DNA of 64,000 nt from the NCBI GenBank assembly GCA_030690165.1, contig JAUYHF010000014.1:34257-98256 (forward strand), in the 5' to 3' direction. The stretch's first letter is position 1, and every line of letters starts with the position of its first letter. The translations under genes were made by a program, and so were the position numbers. The notes under the pieces were generated by a model. The model was not told where the DNA came from. It saw only the letters and a list, made by a program, of their open reading frames with translations, and made no database searches. Shown here piece after piece: positions 43,962 to 54,322 of this stretch. Origin of the DNA: Deltaproteobacteria bacterium (GTDB lineage Bacteria > Desulfobacterota > GWC2-55-46 > UBA9637).

Positions 43962-44369
43962 ATGCTCATAAAACTCGGAAAAGAAAACTTACAGAGTGAA
44001 CTTGTTAAGCTCGTAGAACGGATTAGCGGCGAGGAACTTGCCAACTGCTATCAGTGCGGCAACTGCACAGGCGGCTGTCCTGTATCTTATGCAATGGATT
44101 TTGGACCTAGAGAAATTATAAGACTCCTGCAATTGGGACAGGAGGAGGCTGTGCAAAAGGCCAACTCCATGTGGCTCTGTGTTGGATGTTTGCAATGTTA
44201 TTGCAGATGCCCGAAAGGTGTAAGCGCCGCGAAGATATTAGAGGCGCTTCGGCAGATAACTTTAAGGAAAGGCAAAAGTCACGAAGAGATTAAAGAGGTT
44301 CCGTTGCCGTTTTTAAAAAATGCTCCGCAACAGGCTATTGTTTGCGGGTTTAGGAAGTTTGTAAGTTAG
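43962..44369 (+). CDS. hdrC: Heterodisulfide reductase subunit C
   Basis: CYQCGNCTGGCP, WLCVGCLQCYCRCP. Confidence 0.9.
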   Translation: MLIKLGKENLQSELVKLVERISGEELANCYQCGNCTGGCPVSYAMDFGPREIIRLLQLGQEEAVQKANSMWLCVGCLQCYCRCPKGVSAAKILEALRQITLRKGKSHEEIKEVPLPFLKNAPQQAIVCGFRKFVS

Positions 44370-44373
44370 TTTT

Positions 44374-44459
44374 CACCCTCCCCTTTGTCCCCTCCCGTCA
44401 AGGGAGGGGAGATTTCTTAAAGTTCCTCTCCCCTTGCGGGAGAGGGTTAGGGTGAGGGG
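44374..44459. repeat. REP-like doublet between hdrC and hdrB
   Basis: CCCCTCCCGTCAAGGGAGGGG plus CCTCTCCCCTTGCGGGAGAGGGTTAGGGTGAGGGG. Confidence 0.8.
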
Positions 44460-44480
44460 GAAGTTTAGGATACAAAATCC

Positions 44481-45338
44481 ATGAAAATACCATATTATCC
44501 CGGTTGCACCTTAAATACCGTTGCCAAAGGTTTTGATATTTCGGCAAGAGAATCCGCTGTTCTTTTGGGTTTTGAACTCAAAGAACTAAATCAGTGGAAT
44601 TGCTGCGGCGCGACATTTCCTTTGACACCTGACAATATCATGGGCTTGACCGCGCCGACAAAGGTGCTTGTTAATGCAAAGAAAGAAGGGGACACGGTAA
44701 CAACTCTATGCTCCGTTTGCTACAATGTTTTAAAGCGCACAAACAAGGTGATAAGGGATGACAAGGAGAAGCGGGCAATAGTCAACGGTTTTATTGAAGA
44801 AGAATACGACGGCAGTTTGAATGTGATTCACTTTTTAGAGGTTTTGAGGGATAGGATAGGTTTTGATAATGTTAAGAGCGCTGTTAAGAGGCCGTTAAAA
44901 GGGGTTAAGGCAGGTACATATTATGGGTGTATGTTGCTCAGACCTTTTGAAGATATGGGCATAGACAATGCCGAAGCGCCGACAATATTTGAGGATTTGC
45001 TAAAGGCGCTTGGCTGCGAACCGGTGGAGTTTCCCAATAAGATAGAATGCTGCGGAGCGCATCTTGCAATGGGGAATGAGGATGTGGTCACAAAACTTTC
45101 CGGCAATGTTTTGAGTTCAGCAAAGAACAAAGGAGCAGAGATTATTGTGACGAGTTGTCCTCTGTGTCAGTATAATCTGGAAAAAAGTCAGCAAAGACTT
45201 GCAGAGGGTTCTGGAAATACACAAATGCCTATAGTTTATTTTACTCAGTTGCTTGGACTGGCGCTGGGTCAGGATGAGGGGAGTTTGGGGCTGGAGAAGA
45301 ATTTGTTTGATGTGAGACCGCTGTTGAAGGGGAAGTGA
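44481..45338 (+). CDS. hdrB: Heterodisulfide reductase subunit B
   Basis: YYPGC, two CCG domains, CPLC, YFTQLLGLA. Confidence 0.93.
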   Translation: MKIPYYPGCTLNTVAKGFDISARESAVLLGFELKELNQWNCCGATFPLTPDNIMGLTAPTKVLVNAKKEGDTVTTLCSVCYNVLKRTNKVIRDDKEKRAIVNGFIEEEYDGSLNVIHFLEVLRDRIGFDNVKSAVKRPLKGVKAGTYYGCMLLRPFEDMGIDNAEAPTIFEDLLKALGCEPVEFPNKIECCGAHLAMGNEDVVTKLSGNVLSSAKNKGAEIIVTSCPLCQYNLEKSQQRLAEGSGNTQMPIVYFTQLLGLALGQDEGSLGLEKNLFDVRPLLKGK

Positions 45339-45401
45339 GTTTATTTTAAGGATGAGCTTATGAACAAGCAAATCAAAAAGATACCTAAAGGAGGTAGTTA
45401 C

Positions 45402-46508
45402 ATGAGAAGGTTAATGGTTTTAGTTTTAATGTTTGTTGCAGGTGGGTTGCTTGCAGGAAATTCACTTGGTGTAACTAATGCCAAAACAATTAACGATGCC
45501 CATCAGGATACCATTGATTCTATTACTTTTAGTCCGGATGGTAAAATCCTGGCGTCAGGAAGTTACGATGAAGGCGAAACGAGAGGTCTTATCAATTTTT
45601 GGGATACAACAACGTGGAAGAAGATAAAGACTATTAATGGTTATAACAAAGTTTGTTTTAGTCCCAATGGAAAGACGCTGGCAGCATTATCCTCTGGCTT
45701 TGAGGATGCCTCAATTGCTCTCTTAGATGTTGCTACGGGTGATAAGATAAAGACCTTCTCTCCTAATATAAAAACCATCTCTTATAACCCTATTTCTGAA
45801 AGTTGCTCTATTGCTTTAAGTACAGATGGAAAATTGTTGGCAGCAGGTTGTACTCCCAGATGGAGTGAAGTTGGACATATATTGCTCTGGGATGTCAAAA
45901 CAGGAGATATGATAAAAGAACTCCAAGGACATGAGTTTGGTATTAATTCTATTGCTTTCAGTCCGGATGGAAAATTATTAGCATCAGGGGGATGGGGGTA
46001 TCATACTATAATCCTTTGGGATGTCAAAACAGGGGATAGAATAAAGGAACTCCATCGTAATCAGGATAACCATAGTCCGATTTACTCCGTTGCCTTCAGT
46101 CTGGATGGAAAATTGTTGGCAGCAGGAAGTGACGATTACAGTATTATTCTTTGGGATGTAGCAGCGGGAAAAAATATTAAAACTCTGAAAGGTCATTCTG
46201 GCAGTGTCAAATCAGTTGTCTTCAGCCCTGATGGAAAGATGTTAGCATCAGTGAGCAGCGATAAAACCATCGTATTATGGGATGTGGTAAAGAAGAACAA
46301 GATTAAGACAATAGGGGCTGGAAGGCCGGTTCATTCTATTATTTTTAGTCCTGATGGGAAATTGCTGGTATCAGGGGAAGGCGAATCATGGAGGGTTAGC
46401 GAAGAGAGTTTTACTACGCTTTCCATACGGGATTGGAGGTCAACCCCAAACTTTGAGGGGGTAAAGAGTAAGCAGAAGGGGGATGGAAAAGGAAGGAAAA
46501 AGAAATAA
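45402..46508 (+). CDS. Secreted WD40-repeat protein
   Basis: Signal peptide; repeated FSPDGKLLASG...ILWDV units. Confidence 0.88.
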   Translation: MRRLMVLVLMFVAGGLLAGNSLGVTNAKTINDAHQDTIDSITFSPDGKILASGSYDEGETRGLINFWDTTTWKKIKTINGYNKVCFSPNGKTLAALSSGFEDASIALLDVATGDKIKTFSPNIKTISYNPISESCSIALSTDGKLLAAGCTPRWSEVGHILLWDVKTGDMIKELQGHEFGINSIAFSPDGKLLASGGWGYHTIILWDVKTGDRIKELHRNQDNHSPIYSVAFSLDGKLLAAGSDDYSIILWDVAAGKNIKTLKGHSGSVKSVVFSPDGKMLASVSSDKTIVLWDVVKKNKIKTIGAGRPVHSIIFSPDGKLLVSGEGESWRVSEESFTTLSIRDWRSTPNFEGVKSKQKGDGKGRKKK

Positions 46509-46610
46509 GAAGTTTGGTAGAGTTTATCTAAGTGGTATGTTGAGGATTTTTAGAGGAGTACAACGCAGTATAAAGCTATTTATTGCGTTTATGGTAAAAG
46601 GGAGTCTTTT

Positions 46611-48584
46611 ATGCCGCGTATAGGCGTATTCGTCTGCCAGTGCGGGACAAACATAGCATCCACTGTTGACACCAAAAAGGTCGCAGATGAGATGGCTAAA
46701 CTACCGGGTGTAGTTTACGCCGGTGATTATAAGTTTATGTGTTCTGCGCCTGGACAGGAAAATCTAAAAGAGATTGTAAAGAAGCATAAGCTTGACGGTG
46801 TTATCGTGTCCGCATGTTCTCCGCACATGCACGAGAAGACATTCAGAAAAGCATGTGAGTCTGCAGGATTAAATCCGTACAAGTGCGAGATAACAAATAT
46901 CCGCGAACAGTGCTCATGGGTGCACCATGATGCGACAAAGGCAGCAGGCACACTCAAGAGCATAGACTTAACCAGAATGACCATTGAGAGGCTCAAGAAA
47001 AGCAAAAACCTTTCAAAAATAAAGATACCTATAAAAAAGAAGGCGCTGGTCATCGGCGGCGGCATTGCAGGCATTCAAGCGGCGCTTGATATTGCAGAGG
47101 GCGGCAGGCAGGTGATTCTTGTTGAAAGAGAGCCGTCAATTGGCGGCAATATGGCGAAACTATCAGAGACATTCCCTACAATGGACTGCTCCCAGTGCAT
47201 CATGACGCCGAAGATGGTTGAGGCGTCGCTTCATGAGAATATAAAGATTATGACATGGAGCGCGGTTGAAAAGGTTGACGGTTATATAGGCAACTTTACT
47301 GTCCAGATAAGGAAAAAGGCAAGGTATGTAAATGAGGATTTATGCAACGGGTGCGGACTCTGTATTGAAAAATGTCCGTTCAAGGCAAAGAGTGAATTTG
47401 AGATGGGCATGGCACAGAGAAAGGTGGTTTACACGCCATTTCCACAGGCAGTTCCAAACATCCCTGTCATAGATGCGCAGAACTGCCCGAAGATACAAAA
47501 AGACAAGTGCGGGGCATGCGCCCTTGTTTGCGGACCAAAGGCGATTGACTATAAACAGCAGGATACCGTTATTACAGAAGAGATCGGCGCAATTATTGTT
47601 GCAACAGGATATGAGTTAATGCCGAATGAAAGATTCGGCGAATACGGTTATGGAAAGATCAAGGATGTTATAAGCGGGCTTCAGTTTGAAAGGCTTGCGT
47701 CCGCATCAGGGCCCACAGGCGGAGAAATCAGAAGGCCGTCAGACGGCAAAACGCCAAAGAATGTTGTGTTTATCCAGTGCGTTGGTTCAAGGGATGAGGC
47801 AAAAGGCGTCGCTTACTGCTCAAAGATATGCTGCATGTATACTGCAAAACACACAATGCTTTATAAGCACAAGGTGCATGATGGCCAGTCATATGTGTTT
47901 TACATGGACATAAGGGCGGGCGGAAAAAGGTATGAAGAATTTGTCAGGAGGGCGATTGAGCATGACGGCGCTATGTATTTAAGAGGCCGTGTTTCAAGGG
48001 TCTATGAAAAAGACGGAAAGGTGATTGTGCAGGGCGCGGATACACTTTCAGGCAATCAGGTGGAGATTGAGGCTGATATGGTTGTGTTGGCAACAGCAAT
48101 TGTATCAAGGACAGGCGCAGACACAGTGGCGCAGAAACTCGGCATAGGCTATGACAAACATAAATTTTACAATGAATATCATCCAAAGTTAAAACCAGTT
48201 GAGACTGTGACAGCAGGGATTTATCTGGCAGGCACATGTATGGGACCTATGGATATACCAGATTCTGTAACAATGGGAAGCGCTGCCGCAAGCAAGGTTC
48301 TGGCGCTCTTTTCCAACGACCAGATGGCAAGAGAACCTATAACTGCAAATGTCAACAAAGTAACATGCAATGCGTGCTGGGACTGTGTTGTTGCATGTCC
48401 ATATTCGGCAATAGAAAAAGATAACATAAAGAACAGAAAGGGCGAGATAATCAGGTGGCTTGCTAAGGTAAATGAAGGTGTTTGCCAGGGCTGCGGTGTA
48501 TGTGTTTGCGCATGCAGGAGCAAGGCCATTGACCTTCGCGGTTATACGGATGAGCAGGTTTATGCGGCGTTGGCGGCGTTTTAG
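46611..48584 (+). CDS. hdrA: Heterodisulfide reductase subunit A
   Basis: CQCGTNI, GGGIAG, TFPTMDCSQC, IQCVGSRD, CSKICC and ferredoxin motifs. Confidence 0.95.
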   Translation: MPRIGVFVCQCGTNIASTVDTKKVADEMAKLPGVVYAGDYKFMCSAPGQENLKEIVKKHKLDGVIVSACSPHMHEKTFRKACESAGLNPYKCEITNIREQCSWVHHDATKAAGTLKSIDLTRMTIERLKKSKNLSKIKIPIKKKALVIGGGIAGIQAALDIAEGGRQVILVEREPSIGGNMAKLSETFPTMDCSQCIMTPKMVEASLHENIKIMTWSAVEKVDGYIGNFTVQIRKKARYVNEDLCNGCGLCIEKCPFKAKSEFEMGMAQRKVVYTPFPQAVPNIPVIDAQNCPKIQKDKCGACALVCGPKAIDYKQQDTVITEEIGAIIVATGYELMPNERFGEYGYGKIKDVISGLQFERLASASGPTGGEIRRPSDGKTPKNVVFIQCVGSRDEAKGVAYCSKICCMYTAKHTMLYKHKVHDGQSYVFYMDIRAGGKRYEEFVRRAIEHDGAMYLRGRVSRVYEKDGKVIVQGADTLSGNQVEIEADMVVLATAIVSRTGADTVAQKLGIGYDKHKFYNEYHPKLKPVETVTAGIYLAGTCMGPMDIPDSVTMGSAAASKVLALFSNDQMAREPITANVNKVTCNACWDCVVACPYSAIEKDNIKNRKGEIIRWLAKVNEGVCQGCGVCVCACRSKAIDLRGYTDEQVYAALAAF

Positions 48585-48610
48585 GTGTTCATGCTGAAAA
48601 ATCCGAATTC

Positions 48611-48645
48611 CCTCTCCCCTTGCGGGAGAGGGTTAGGGTGAGGGG
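48611..48645 (+). repeat. Second identical copy of the 35-nt REP at 44425-44459
   Basis: CCTCTCCCCTTGCGGGAGAGGGTTAGGGTGAGGGG. Confidence 0.85.
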
Positions 48646-48649
48646 TTGG

Positions 48650-49015
48650 ATGAGGAAACCTTGGTTCGCAATAATCTGGTTTGCTTTTTGGGGAATTTTT
48701 CAGGCATATGCCGTTACTATGGTTTTACTTAGCAAATGGAAGAGACCGGAGGCATTTCCTGAAGAGGCATATAATGCGCTCATCTGGCCGGATATGGTTT
48801 TTATTCCGTTATATTTTTTGACAGCGGCTCTTTTATATAAAGGGAAAAGATTGGGTGAGATTTTAGGGGTGTTTTCAGGCGGCGCAGTCACTTATGTTAT
48901 GGTTTATCTCTTTGCATTATCAGGACTGCACGGCGCGGTGAATATGATTTTTGATGGTGCGTTTTTGGGGCTGAATATTGGCGCGACTTTGCAGATTATT
49001 AGCAGACTGATTTGA
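48650..49015 (+). CDS. Small 4-TM hypothetical membrane protein
   Basis: Four hydrophobic segments; ATG just after the REP. Confidence 0.6.
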   Translation: MRKPWFAIIWFAFWGIFQAYAVTMVLLSKWKRPEAFPEEAYNALIWPDMVFIPLYFLTAALLYKGKRLGEILGVFSGGAVTYVMVYLFALSGLHGAVNMIFDGAFLGLNIGATLQIISRLI

Positions 49016-49043
49016 AGTTGCGGGCAAAACAAGGCAGGTTAAC

Positions 49044-49556
49044 TTGAAGCAAAGAGAAAATACGACAAATATAATCCCACAGGAAATAATAGAAAATAAG
49101 ATATTCTTCATTAGAGGCAGGAAGGTAATGATTGATAGAGAGTTGGCAAGTCTTTATGGGGTAAAAACATCACAATTAACCCGTCAGGTTCGGAGGAATA
49201 TCAAAAGATTTCCCGATGATTTTATGTTCCATCTTACAGGAGAGGAGTTTACAAACTTGAAGTGCCATTTTGGCACATCAAGTTGGGGAGGCACCAGGAA
49301 ATTGCCATATGTTTTTACAGAAAACGGCGTTGCCATGCTTTCAAGCGTTTTGAATAGCGAAAGGGCGATGCAAGTTAATATCCAGATTATGAGAACATTT
49401 ACAAAAATCAGGGAAATGCTTTTAACACATAAAGAATTAAAACAAAAAGTAGAGGAAATGGAAAAGAAATACGACTACCAGTTTAAAATTGTTTTTGATG
49501 CTATAAAACAATTATTAGAGCTGCCGGAGAAGTCAAAGAAAAGGATAGGTTTTTAG
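49044..49556 (+). CDS. ORF6N/KilA-N domain protein
   Basis: IRGRKVMIDRELASLYGV...RFPDDFMF...FTENGVAMLSSVL...RIGF. Confidence 0.9.
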   Translation: MKQRENTTNIIPQEIIENKIFFIRGRKVMIDRELASLYGVKTSQLTRQVRRNIKRFPDDFMFHLTGEEFTNLKCHFGTSSWGGTRKLPYVFTENGVAMLSSVLNSERAMQVNIQIMRTFTKIREMLLTHKELKQKVEEMEKKYDYQFKIVFDAIKQLLELPEKSKKRIGF

Positions 49557-49587
49557 CAAGCAGGGTGAAAGGTTTAAGGATAAACAA

Positions 49588-50055
49588 ATGTCATCACAAA
49601 CACAACATGAACAAACAGGCGGTTTTGAGCCCCAGATAGTTGCCTTTGTCTGCAACTGGTGCACTTATGCAGGCGCTGATTTGGCAGGCACGAGCAGGAT
49701 GGAGTATAAGCCAAATGTGAGGATTATCAAACTCCCATGCACAGGACGCATTGACCCGCTTTTTATCATAAAGGCATTTGAAAAAGGCGCTGATGGTGTT
49801 TTGGTTTCAGGCTGTCATCCGGGAGACTGCCACTATACAACAGGCAACTATCATGCGCGGCGCAGATGGATTGCATTTAAGAGTCTTTTGGAATTTACCG
49901 GCATAGATATGAAACGGCTCCACTTCTCATGGGTCTCAGCATCCGAGGCTATCAAGTGGGTGGATTTGGTAAATAATATAACAGATGAGGTGAAAAAATT
50001 AGGGCCGTTTGTAGAGTATAAAAATTTAGGTGAAAGGTCAAAGGTGTTAGGTTAA
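49588..50055 (+). CDS. flxD: MvhD/FlxD 2Fe-2S subunit
   Basis: CNWCTYAGAD, CTGRID, GCHPGDCHY. Confidence 0.9.
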   Translation: MSSQTQHEQTGGFEPQIVAFVCNWCTYAGADLAGTSRMEYKPNVRIIKLPCTGRIDPLFIIKAFEKGADGVLVSGCHPGDCHYTTGNYHARRRWIAFKSLLEFTGIDMKRLHFSWVSASEAIKWVDLVNNITDEVKKLGPFVEYKNLGERSKVLG

Positions 50056-50061
50056 AGACAG

Positions 50062-50970
50062 ATGGAAAACCAATTACGACAAAAAGCAAAAGAGCTCCTT
50101 GAAAAAGGAGAGGTAAGGGTTGTCATCGGCTATGGTTGGAATAAGCGGAAGACGAGGATAACCCCGGTTTTCATCACAAAGCCTGAGGATACAGACAAAC
50201 TTGTTTTCAATCCTCTTTGCGTCAACAATCTTTCTCTTTATCTGACAAAGAAGTTTGCAGACATCAAGGCTTTGGGCAAGCCTGCGATTGTTGCAAAAGG
50301 GTGTGATATAAAAACAATTGCTGTGCTTATCTCAGAGAGCCAGATTAAGAGAGAAGATGTGGTAATACTTGGCATGACCTGCAATGGTGTTGTGTATAAG
50401 CAGGAACTTTGGAAACTGGGGACAGATTTTAAATTTGTCCCCACAGAAATAATGCCGACAAAATGTCATAACTGTGATGTGAGGAATCCGCATATTGTGG
50501 ATTTTACAATCGGTGAAAAGGTCAATTTTACACCGCCGGATACGCCAACAGGCATGGTATTTGACAAGATAAAAGAGCTGGATAAAAAATCTGGCGCAGA
50601 GCGATGGAATTTCTGGATAGAGCATTTTAACCGGTGCATAAAGTGTTATGCGTGCAGGCAGATATGCCCGCTATGTTACTGCGAGAGGTGCATCGCTGAA
50701 AAGAATATGCCGCAGTGGATTGAGACTTCGGCGCATCCAAGAGGCAACCTTGCATGGAATCTCAAGAGGGCAATGGATCTGGCAGGAAGATGCACATTTT
50801 GCGGCGAGTGTGAAAGGGCATGTCCGGTGAATATCCCGCTTAATCTTGTGAATCAGAAACTTACGCTTGTTGTAAAAGATGCCTTTGGGCATAAGGCAGG
50901 ATATGATGAAAAGGTGCATCCGCCGATGATTGTGTTTAATATGGAGGATGAAGAGGACTTTATAAAGTAG
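50062..50970 (+). CDS. flxC: FlxC (FdhB-like 4Fe-4S protein)
   Basis: CIKCYACRQICPLCYC, GRCTFCGECERACP. Confidence 0.8.
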   Translation: MENQLRQKAKELLEKGEVRVVIGYGWNKRKTRITPVFITKPEDTDKLVFNPLCVNNLSLYLTKKFADIKALGKPAIVAKGCDIKTIAVLISESQIKREDVVILGMTCNGVVYKQELWKLGTDFKFVPTEIMPTKCHNCDVRNPHIVDFTIGEKVNFTPPDTPTGMVFDKIKELDKKSGAERWNFWIEHFNRCIKCYACRQICPLCYCERCIAEKNMPQWIETSAHPRGNLAWNLKRAMDLAGRCTFCGECERACPVNIPLNLVNQKLTLVVKDAFGHKAGYDEKVHPPMIVFNMEDEEDFIK

Positions 50971-50972
50971 CT

Positions 50973-51992
50973 ATGGCAAACAAATTTCTCAAAAAAGAAA
51001 ACATCGGCAAATTGATCGAGGCCTTGAACAAGGAAGGCAGTGCCTTTGTTGCACCTAAACTGGATGCACGACAGGTGGTGTATGCCCCTGTTATAAATGC
51101 GGAAGAGATAGTTTTTGACTATATTGTTCCGGTAAATTCTTTTAAAAAGTTTCTGTTTCCGCAGACAGAGCCGATTGCCGAGTTCAATATAAACAAGGAA
51201 GGCGTAGTTTTAAAGGGTATTGAAATAGAGCCAAAGGAAATAATAATCTTTGGTTCGCGGCCTTGCGATGCAATATGCTGTTCATCTTTAAGGTCGGTGT
51301 TCAATTGGGATTTTAAGGATGAGTTTTACAACAGGCGAGAAGACAAGGCAATTGTCATAACCGTAGCCTGCACAAAGGCCGATGACAGTTGCTTTTGCAC
51401 AACCGTCAATCTTACGCCTGATAGCCCAAACGGAAGCGATATATTATTAAAAGAAACGGTATCTGGAGATTATACAGCAGAGACAATCACAGAAAAGGGC
51501 AAGGCATTTATAAAAAGGTTTGAAAATATCTTCAGCCCTCAGCCTTCAGCCGTAAGCCACAAGCCAATTGCCGATGTAAAACCCATAGCAGGCATTGATG
51601 TAAAAAAAATTAAGGAATATCTCAAAGACACAAAACATTATGAAAATCCAATTTGGGCTGAACTATCAAGAAAATGTATAGGCTGCGGCGCATGCACCTT
51701 TGCCTGTCCCACATGCCACTGCTTTGACATTGTGGATGAGGGGAGCGCATTTGAGGGAAAAAGGATAAAGAACTGGGATGCGTGCCAGTTTGAATTTTTC
51801 ACTCTTCACACAAGCGGACACAATCCGAGAGACACGCAGTATAAAAGATGGCGCAACCGGTTTATGTGCAAGTTCAATTTTTATCCGAACAAATTTTCAT
51901 CCCGCGGTTGCGTTGGGTGTGGAAGGTGTATTCGTGTATGTCCAGTAAGGCTGGATATAACAGAGGTTATGGAGGAGGTAACAAAATTGTAA
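50973..51992 (+). CDS. flxB: FlxB (AsrA-like 4Fe-4S protein)
   Basis: RPCD, CIGCGACTFACPTCHCF, WDAC, CVGCGRCIRVCP. Confidence 0.82.
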   Translation: MANKFLKKENIGKLIEALNKEGSAFVAPKLDARQVVYAPVINAEEIVFDYIVPVNSFKKFLFPQTEPIAEFNINKEGVVLKGIEIEPKEIIIFGSRPCDAICCSSLRSVFNWDFKDEFYNRREDKAIVITVACTKADDSCFCTTVNLTPDSPNGSDILLKETVSGDYTAETITEKGKAFIKRFENIFSPQPSAVSHKPIADVKPIAGIDVKKIKEYLKDTKHYENPIWAELSRKCIGCGACTFACPTCHCFDIVDEGSAFEGKRIKNWDACQFEFFTLHTSGHNPRDTQYKRWRNRFMCKFNFYPNKFSSRGCVGCGRCIRVCPVRLDITEVMEEVTKL

Positions 51993-52088
51993 ATTGAAGA
52001 TTGCAAATTGGAAAATGCAAAGTTAAAAGAAACTTCAAATTTACAATTTGCACTTTTCAGTCTTCATTTTGCAATGGAGCGAAGCGAC
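51983..52088 (+). repeat. ~100-bp heptamer junction element, copy 4 (flxB-flxA)
   Basis: AAAATTGTAAATTGAAGATTGCAAATTG...TTTTGCAATGGAGCGAAGCGAC-ATG. Confidence 0.9.
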
Positions 52089-52922
52089 ATGAACAACATT
52101 TACTTACCATATCTCGCAACAATTGAGGACATCTACGAAGAGGCGCCTGATGTCAGGACATATAAACTTGTTTTCAAGGATGAAAAAGTGCGGGATGCCT
52201 TTGACTTTAAGGCAGGCCAGTTCGGCCTCTACTCTGCCTTTGGCGCCGGCGAGTCAACATTCTGCATAGCATCTTCTCCTACGCGCAAAGGTTATATCCA
52301 GTGCACATTCAGAAGAGGCGGCAGGGTTACCGGCGCATTATCCGACCTTGGCATCGGCGATACTATGGGCTTTCGCGGGCCTTACGGCAACTGGTTTCCG
52401 ATAGATGAGTGGAAGGGGAAGAATATTGTGCTTATTGCAGGCGGCATAGGACTTCCGCCTGTTCGCTCTGTTATATGGAACTGTATTGACAGACGAAAAG
52501 ATTTCGGGGATATAACAATTGTCTACGGCGCAAAGACAGTGGCAGACCTTGTTTATAAAAATGAACTTGCAGAATGGGAAAAAATGTCTGATATAAAACT
52601 TGTTCAGGCAGTTGACCCTGGCGGTGAAACACCTGATTGGAAAGGCAAGGTCGGTTTTGTTCCCACTGTGTTGGAGCAGGCAGCGCCTTCTGCAAACAAT
52701 GCAATTGCAATAACATGCGGCCCGCCGATTATGATAAAATTTGTATTACAGGCATTGAATAAACTCGGTTTCTCTGATGAGCAGGTTTATACAACACTTG
52801 AGAACAAGATGAAGTGCGGCGTTGGAAAATGCGGAAGATGCAATGTTGGAGACATTTATATATGCAAGGAAGGGCCGGTTTATACGGCGGCGGAAGTTAA
52901 AAAAATGTACAATGACTTTTAA
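52089..52922 (+). CDS. flxA: FlxA (FAD/NAD-binding, AsrB-like)
   Basis: RGPYGN, AGGIGLPP, CGPPIM, MKCGVGKCGRC; start at ATG 52089. Confidence 0.85.
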   Translation: MNNIYLPYLATIEDIYEEAPDVRTYKLVFKDEKVRDAFDFKAGQFGLYSAFGAGESTFCIASSPTRKGYIQCTFRRGGRVTGALSDLGIGDTMGFRGPYGNWFPIDEWKGKNIVLIAGGIGLPPVRSVIWNCIDRRKDFGDITIVYGAKTVADLVYKNELAEWEKMSDIKLVQAVDPGGETPDWKGKVGFVPTVLEQAAPSANNAIAITCGPPIMIKFVLQALNKLGFSDEQVYTTLENKMKCGVGKCGRCNVGDIYICKEGPVYTAAEVKKMYNDF

Positions 52923-52933
52923 AAGGAGTCCTT

Positions 52934-53722
52934 ATGGATACACATAAAAAACGCATAAAACCCCTCGCCACAGGCGATAAGACCATACCGCCTGAAGGCG
53001 CAAAGATGATACCGATTTACATAATGGGCCGTGAGTATATGGTGCCTGAAACCCTGACTATTATGAAGGCAACGGAATACGCGGGTTATCAGTATATGCG
53101 CGGATGCGGGTGCAGGGGAGGGATATGCGGCGCATGCGGTACTTTTTACAGATTCCTCGGTGATTATAAATTAAAGACAGGGCTTGCGTGCCAGACAGTT
53201 GCCCAGCCGAATATGGTTATTACCCAGCTTCCATTTTTCCCATCAAACAGGCCGGACTATGACCTTGAAAAGATGGAAGGCAACCCGCATGAGGAGCTCA
53301 GAAGGCTGTATCCTGAAGTCTTCAAGTGCGTCGGCTGCGGCACATGCACAAGGACATGCCCCATGGATATTGATGTCATGGACTACATTGCGCTTATGAA
53401 ACGCGGCGATTTGAAGGGCGCCGCAATAAAGAGTTTTGACTGCGTTCTGTGCGGGCTTTGCGCGTCAAGGTGTCCTGCGCAGATATCACAGTTTACTGCC
53501 GCTATGTTTGTCAGGAGGATATATGGCAAATATATCCTGCCAACAGCAGAGCATCTGAAGAAACGTGTTGAAGCGGTAAAGAGCGGAAAGTATCTCAAGA
53601 TGCTGGATGAGCTTACAAAGAAAAGCGCTGATGAACTCAAGAAACTGTATACGGAAAGGGAAAGAGAACCGGATATGGCAGAGCCGGGAAAGTGGATGCC
53701 AAAGGATACTTCGCATCTATAA
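52934..53722 (+). CDS. frdB: Fumarate reductase Fe-S subunit (soluble type)
   Basis: CRGGICGAC...ACQT 2Fe-2S motif; two CxxCxxCxxxCP motifs. Confidence 0.75.
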   Translation: MDTHKKRIKPLATGDKTIPPEGAKMIPIYIMGREYMVPETLTIMKATEYAGYQYMRGCGCRGGICGACGTFYRFLGDYKLKTGLACQTVAQPNMVITQLPFFPSNRPDYDLEKMEGNPHEELRRLYPEVFKCVGCGTCTRTCPMDIDVMDYIALMKRGDLKGAAIKSFDCVLCGLCASRCPAQISQFTAAMFVRRIYGKYILPTAEHLKKRVEAVKSGKYLKMLDELTKKSADELKKLYTEREREPDMAEPGKWMPKDTSHL

Positions 53723-53745
53723 ACAAGGATCTCTTAATTAGGAAC

Positions 53746-54264
53746 ATGGCAGAGTCAGACACCGAAAAATTGAAAGAACAACCCTTGGGAAATAAGGATA
53801 TTTACAAAGTTGCCCTTGATACGCGAAATTTTGAAATATCCCTGTTCTGGCAACGTTCCAATTATTTCTTGGTTTTAAACTCGGCACTTGCATTAGGTTT
53901 CTTCAATCTTCAAAAGCAAGAATTTGCCTTTTTGCTTGCAGTTTTCGGATTGTTTGTCTCTTTTTTATGGTATCGCGTAAACTTGGGCAGCAAATATTGG
54001 CAGTCCCGTTGGGAACATAGGTTATACATTTTGGAAAAAAAAGTTGCACCGAACTTGGATTTTTTTGCTGCAGACTGGAAAACAATTCAAAAAGATGTTG
54101 AGGAGAGTCTTACTAATAGTCAAAGCAACAAAGGGTGCTTCCGAAAATGGCTTGACAAACAGGTTCTAAATAAGCCTTCTGTGAGTTACAACATGATACT
54201 ATTGTCTTTGCTATTTTTTATAGGTTGGATTTTGTTGATAGCGGTTAGGATTTGGAAAGGTTAA
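53746..54264 (+). CDS. Small membrane protein, RipA/octameric membrane protein-like
   Basis: YKVALDTRNFEISLFWQRSNYFL, GSKYWQSRWE, about three TM segments. Confidence 0.55.
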   Translation: MAESDTEKLKEQPLGNKDIYKVALDTRNFEISLFWQRSNYFLVLNSALALGFFNLQKQEFAFLLAVFGLFVSFLWYRVNLGSKYWQSRWEHRLYILEKKVAPNLDFFAADWKTIQKDVEESLTNSQSNKGCFRKWLDKQVLNKPSVSYNMILLSLLFFIGWILLIAVRIWKG

Positions 54265-54322
54265 GAAAGTTTGTTGGTGGACAATGCTTACCAAAAGCAT
54301 CTAAATGACCAGCTGAGTCTTT

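Noticed and set aside
45402..46508. Internal DNA repeats in the WD40 gene as a DGR or repeat element
   Set aside because: They are explained by WD40 protein repeats; no reverse transcriptase or template-repeat pair was seen
46611..50055. Selenocysteine recoding in hdrA or flxD
   Set aside because: Both frames are open with Cys at the expected positions
42674..52088. N-terminal extensions of FumB and FlxA (and likewise MraY and MurC) in the ORF track
   Set aside because: They are translations of the junction element; the GGAG-preceded ATGs downstream match the family starts
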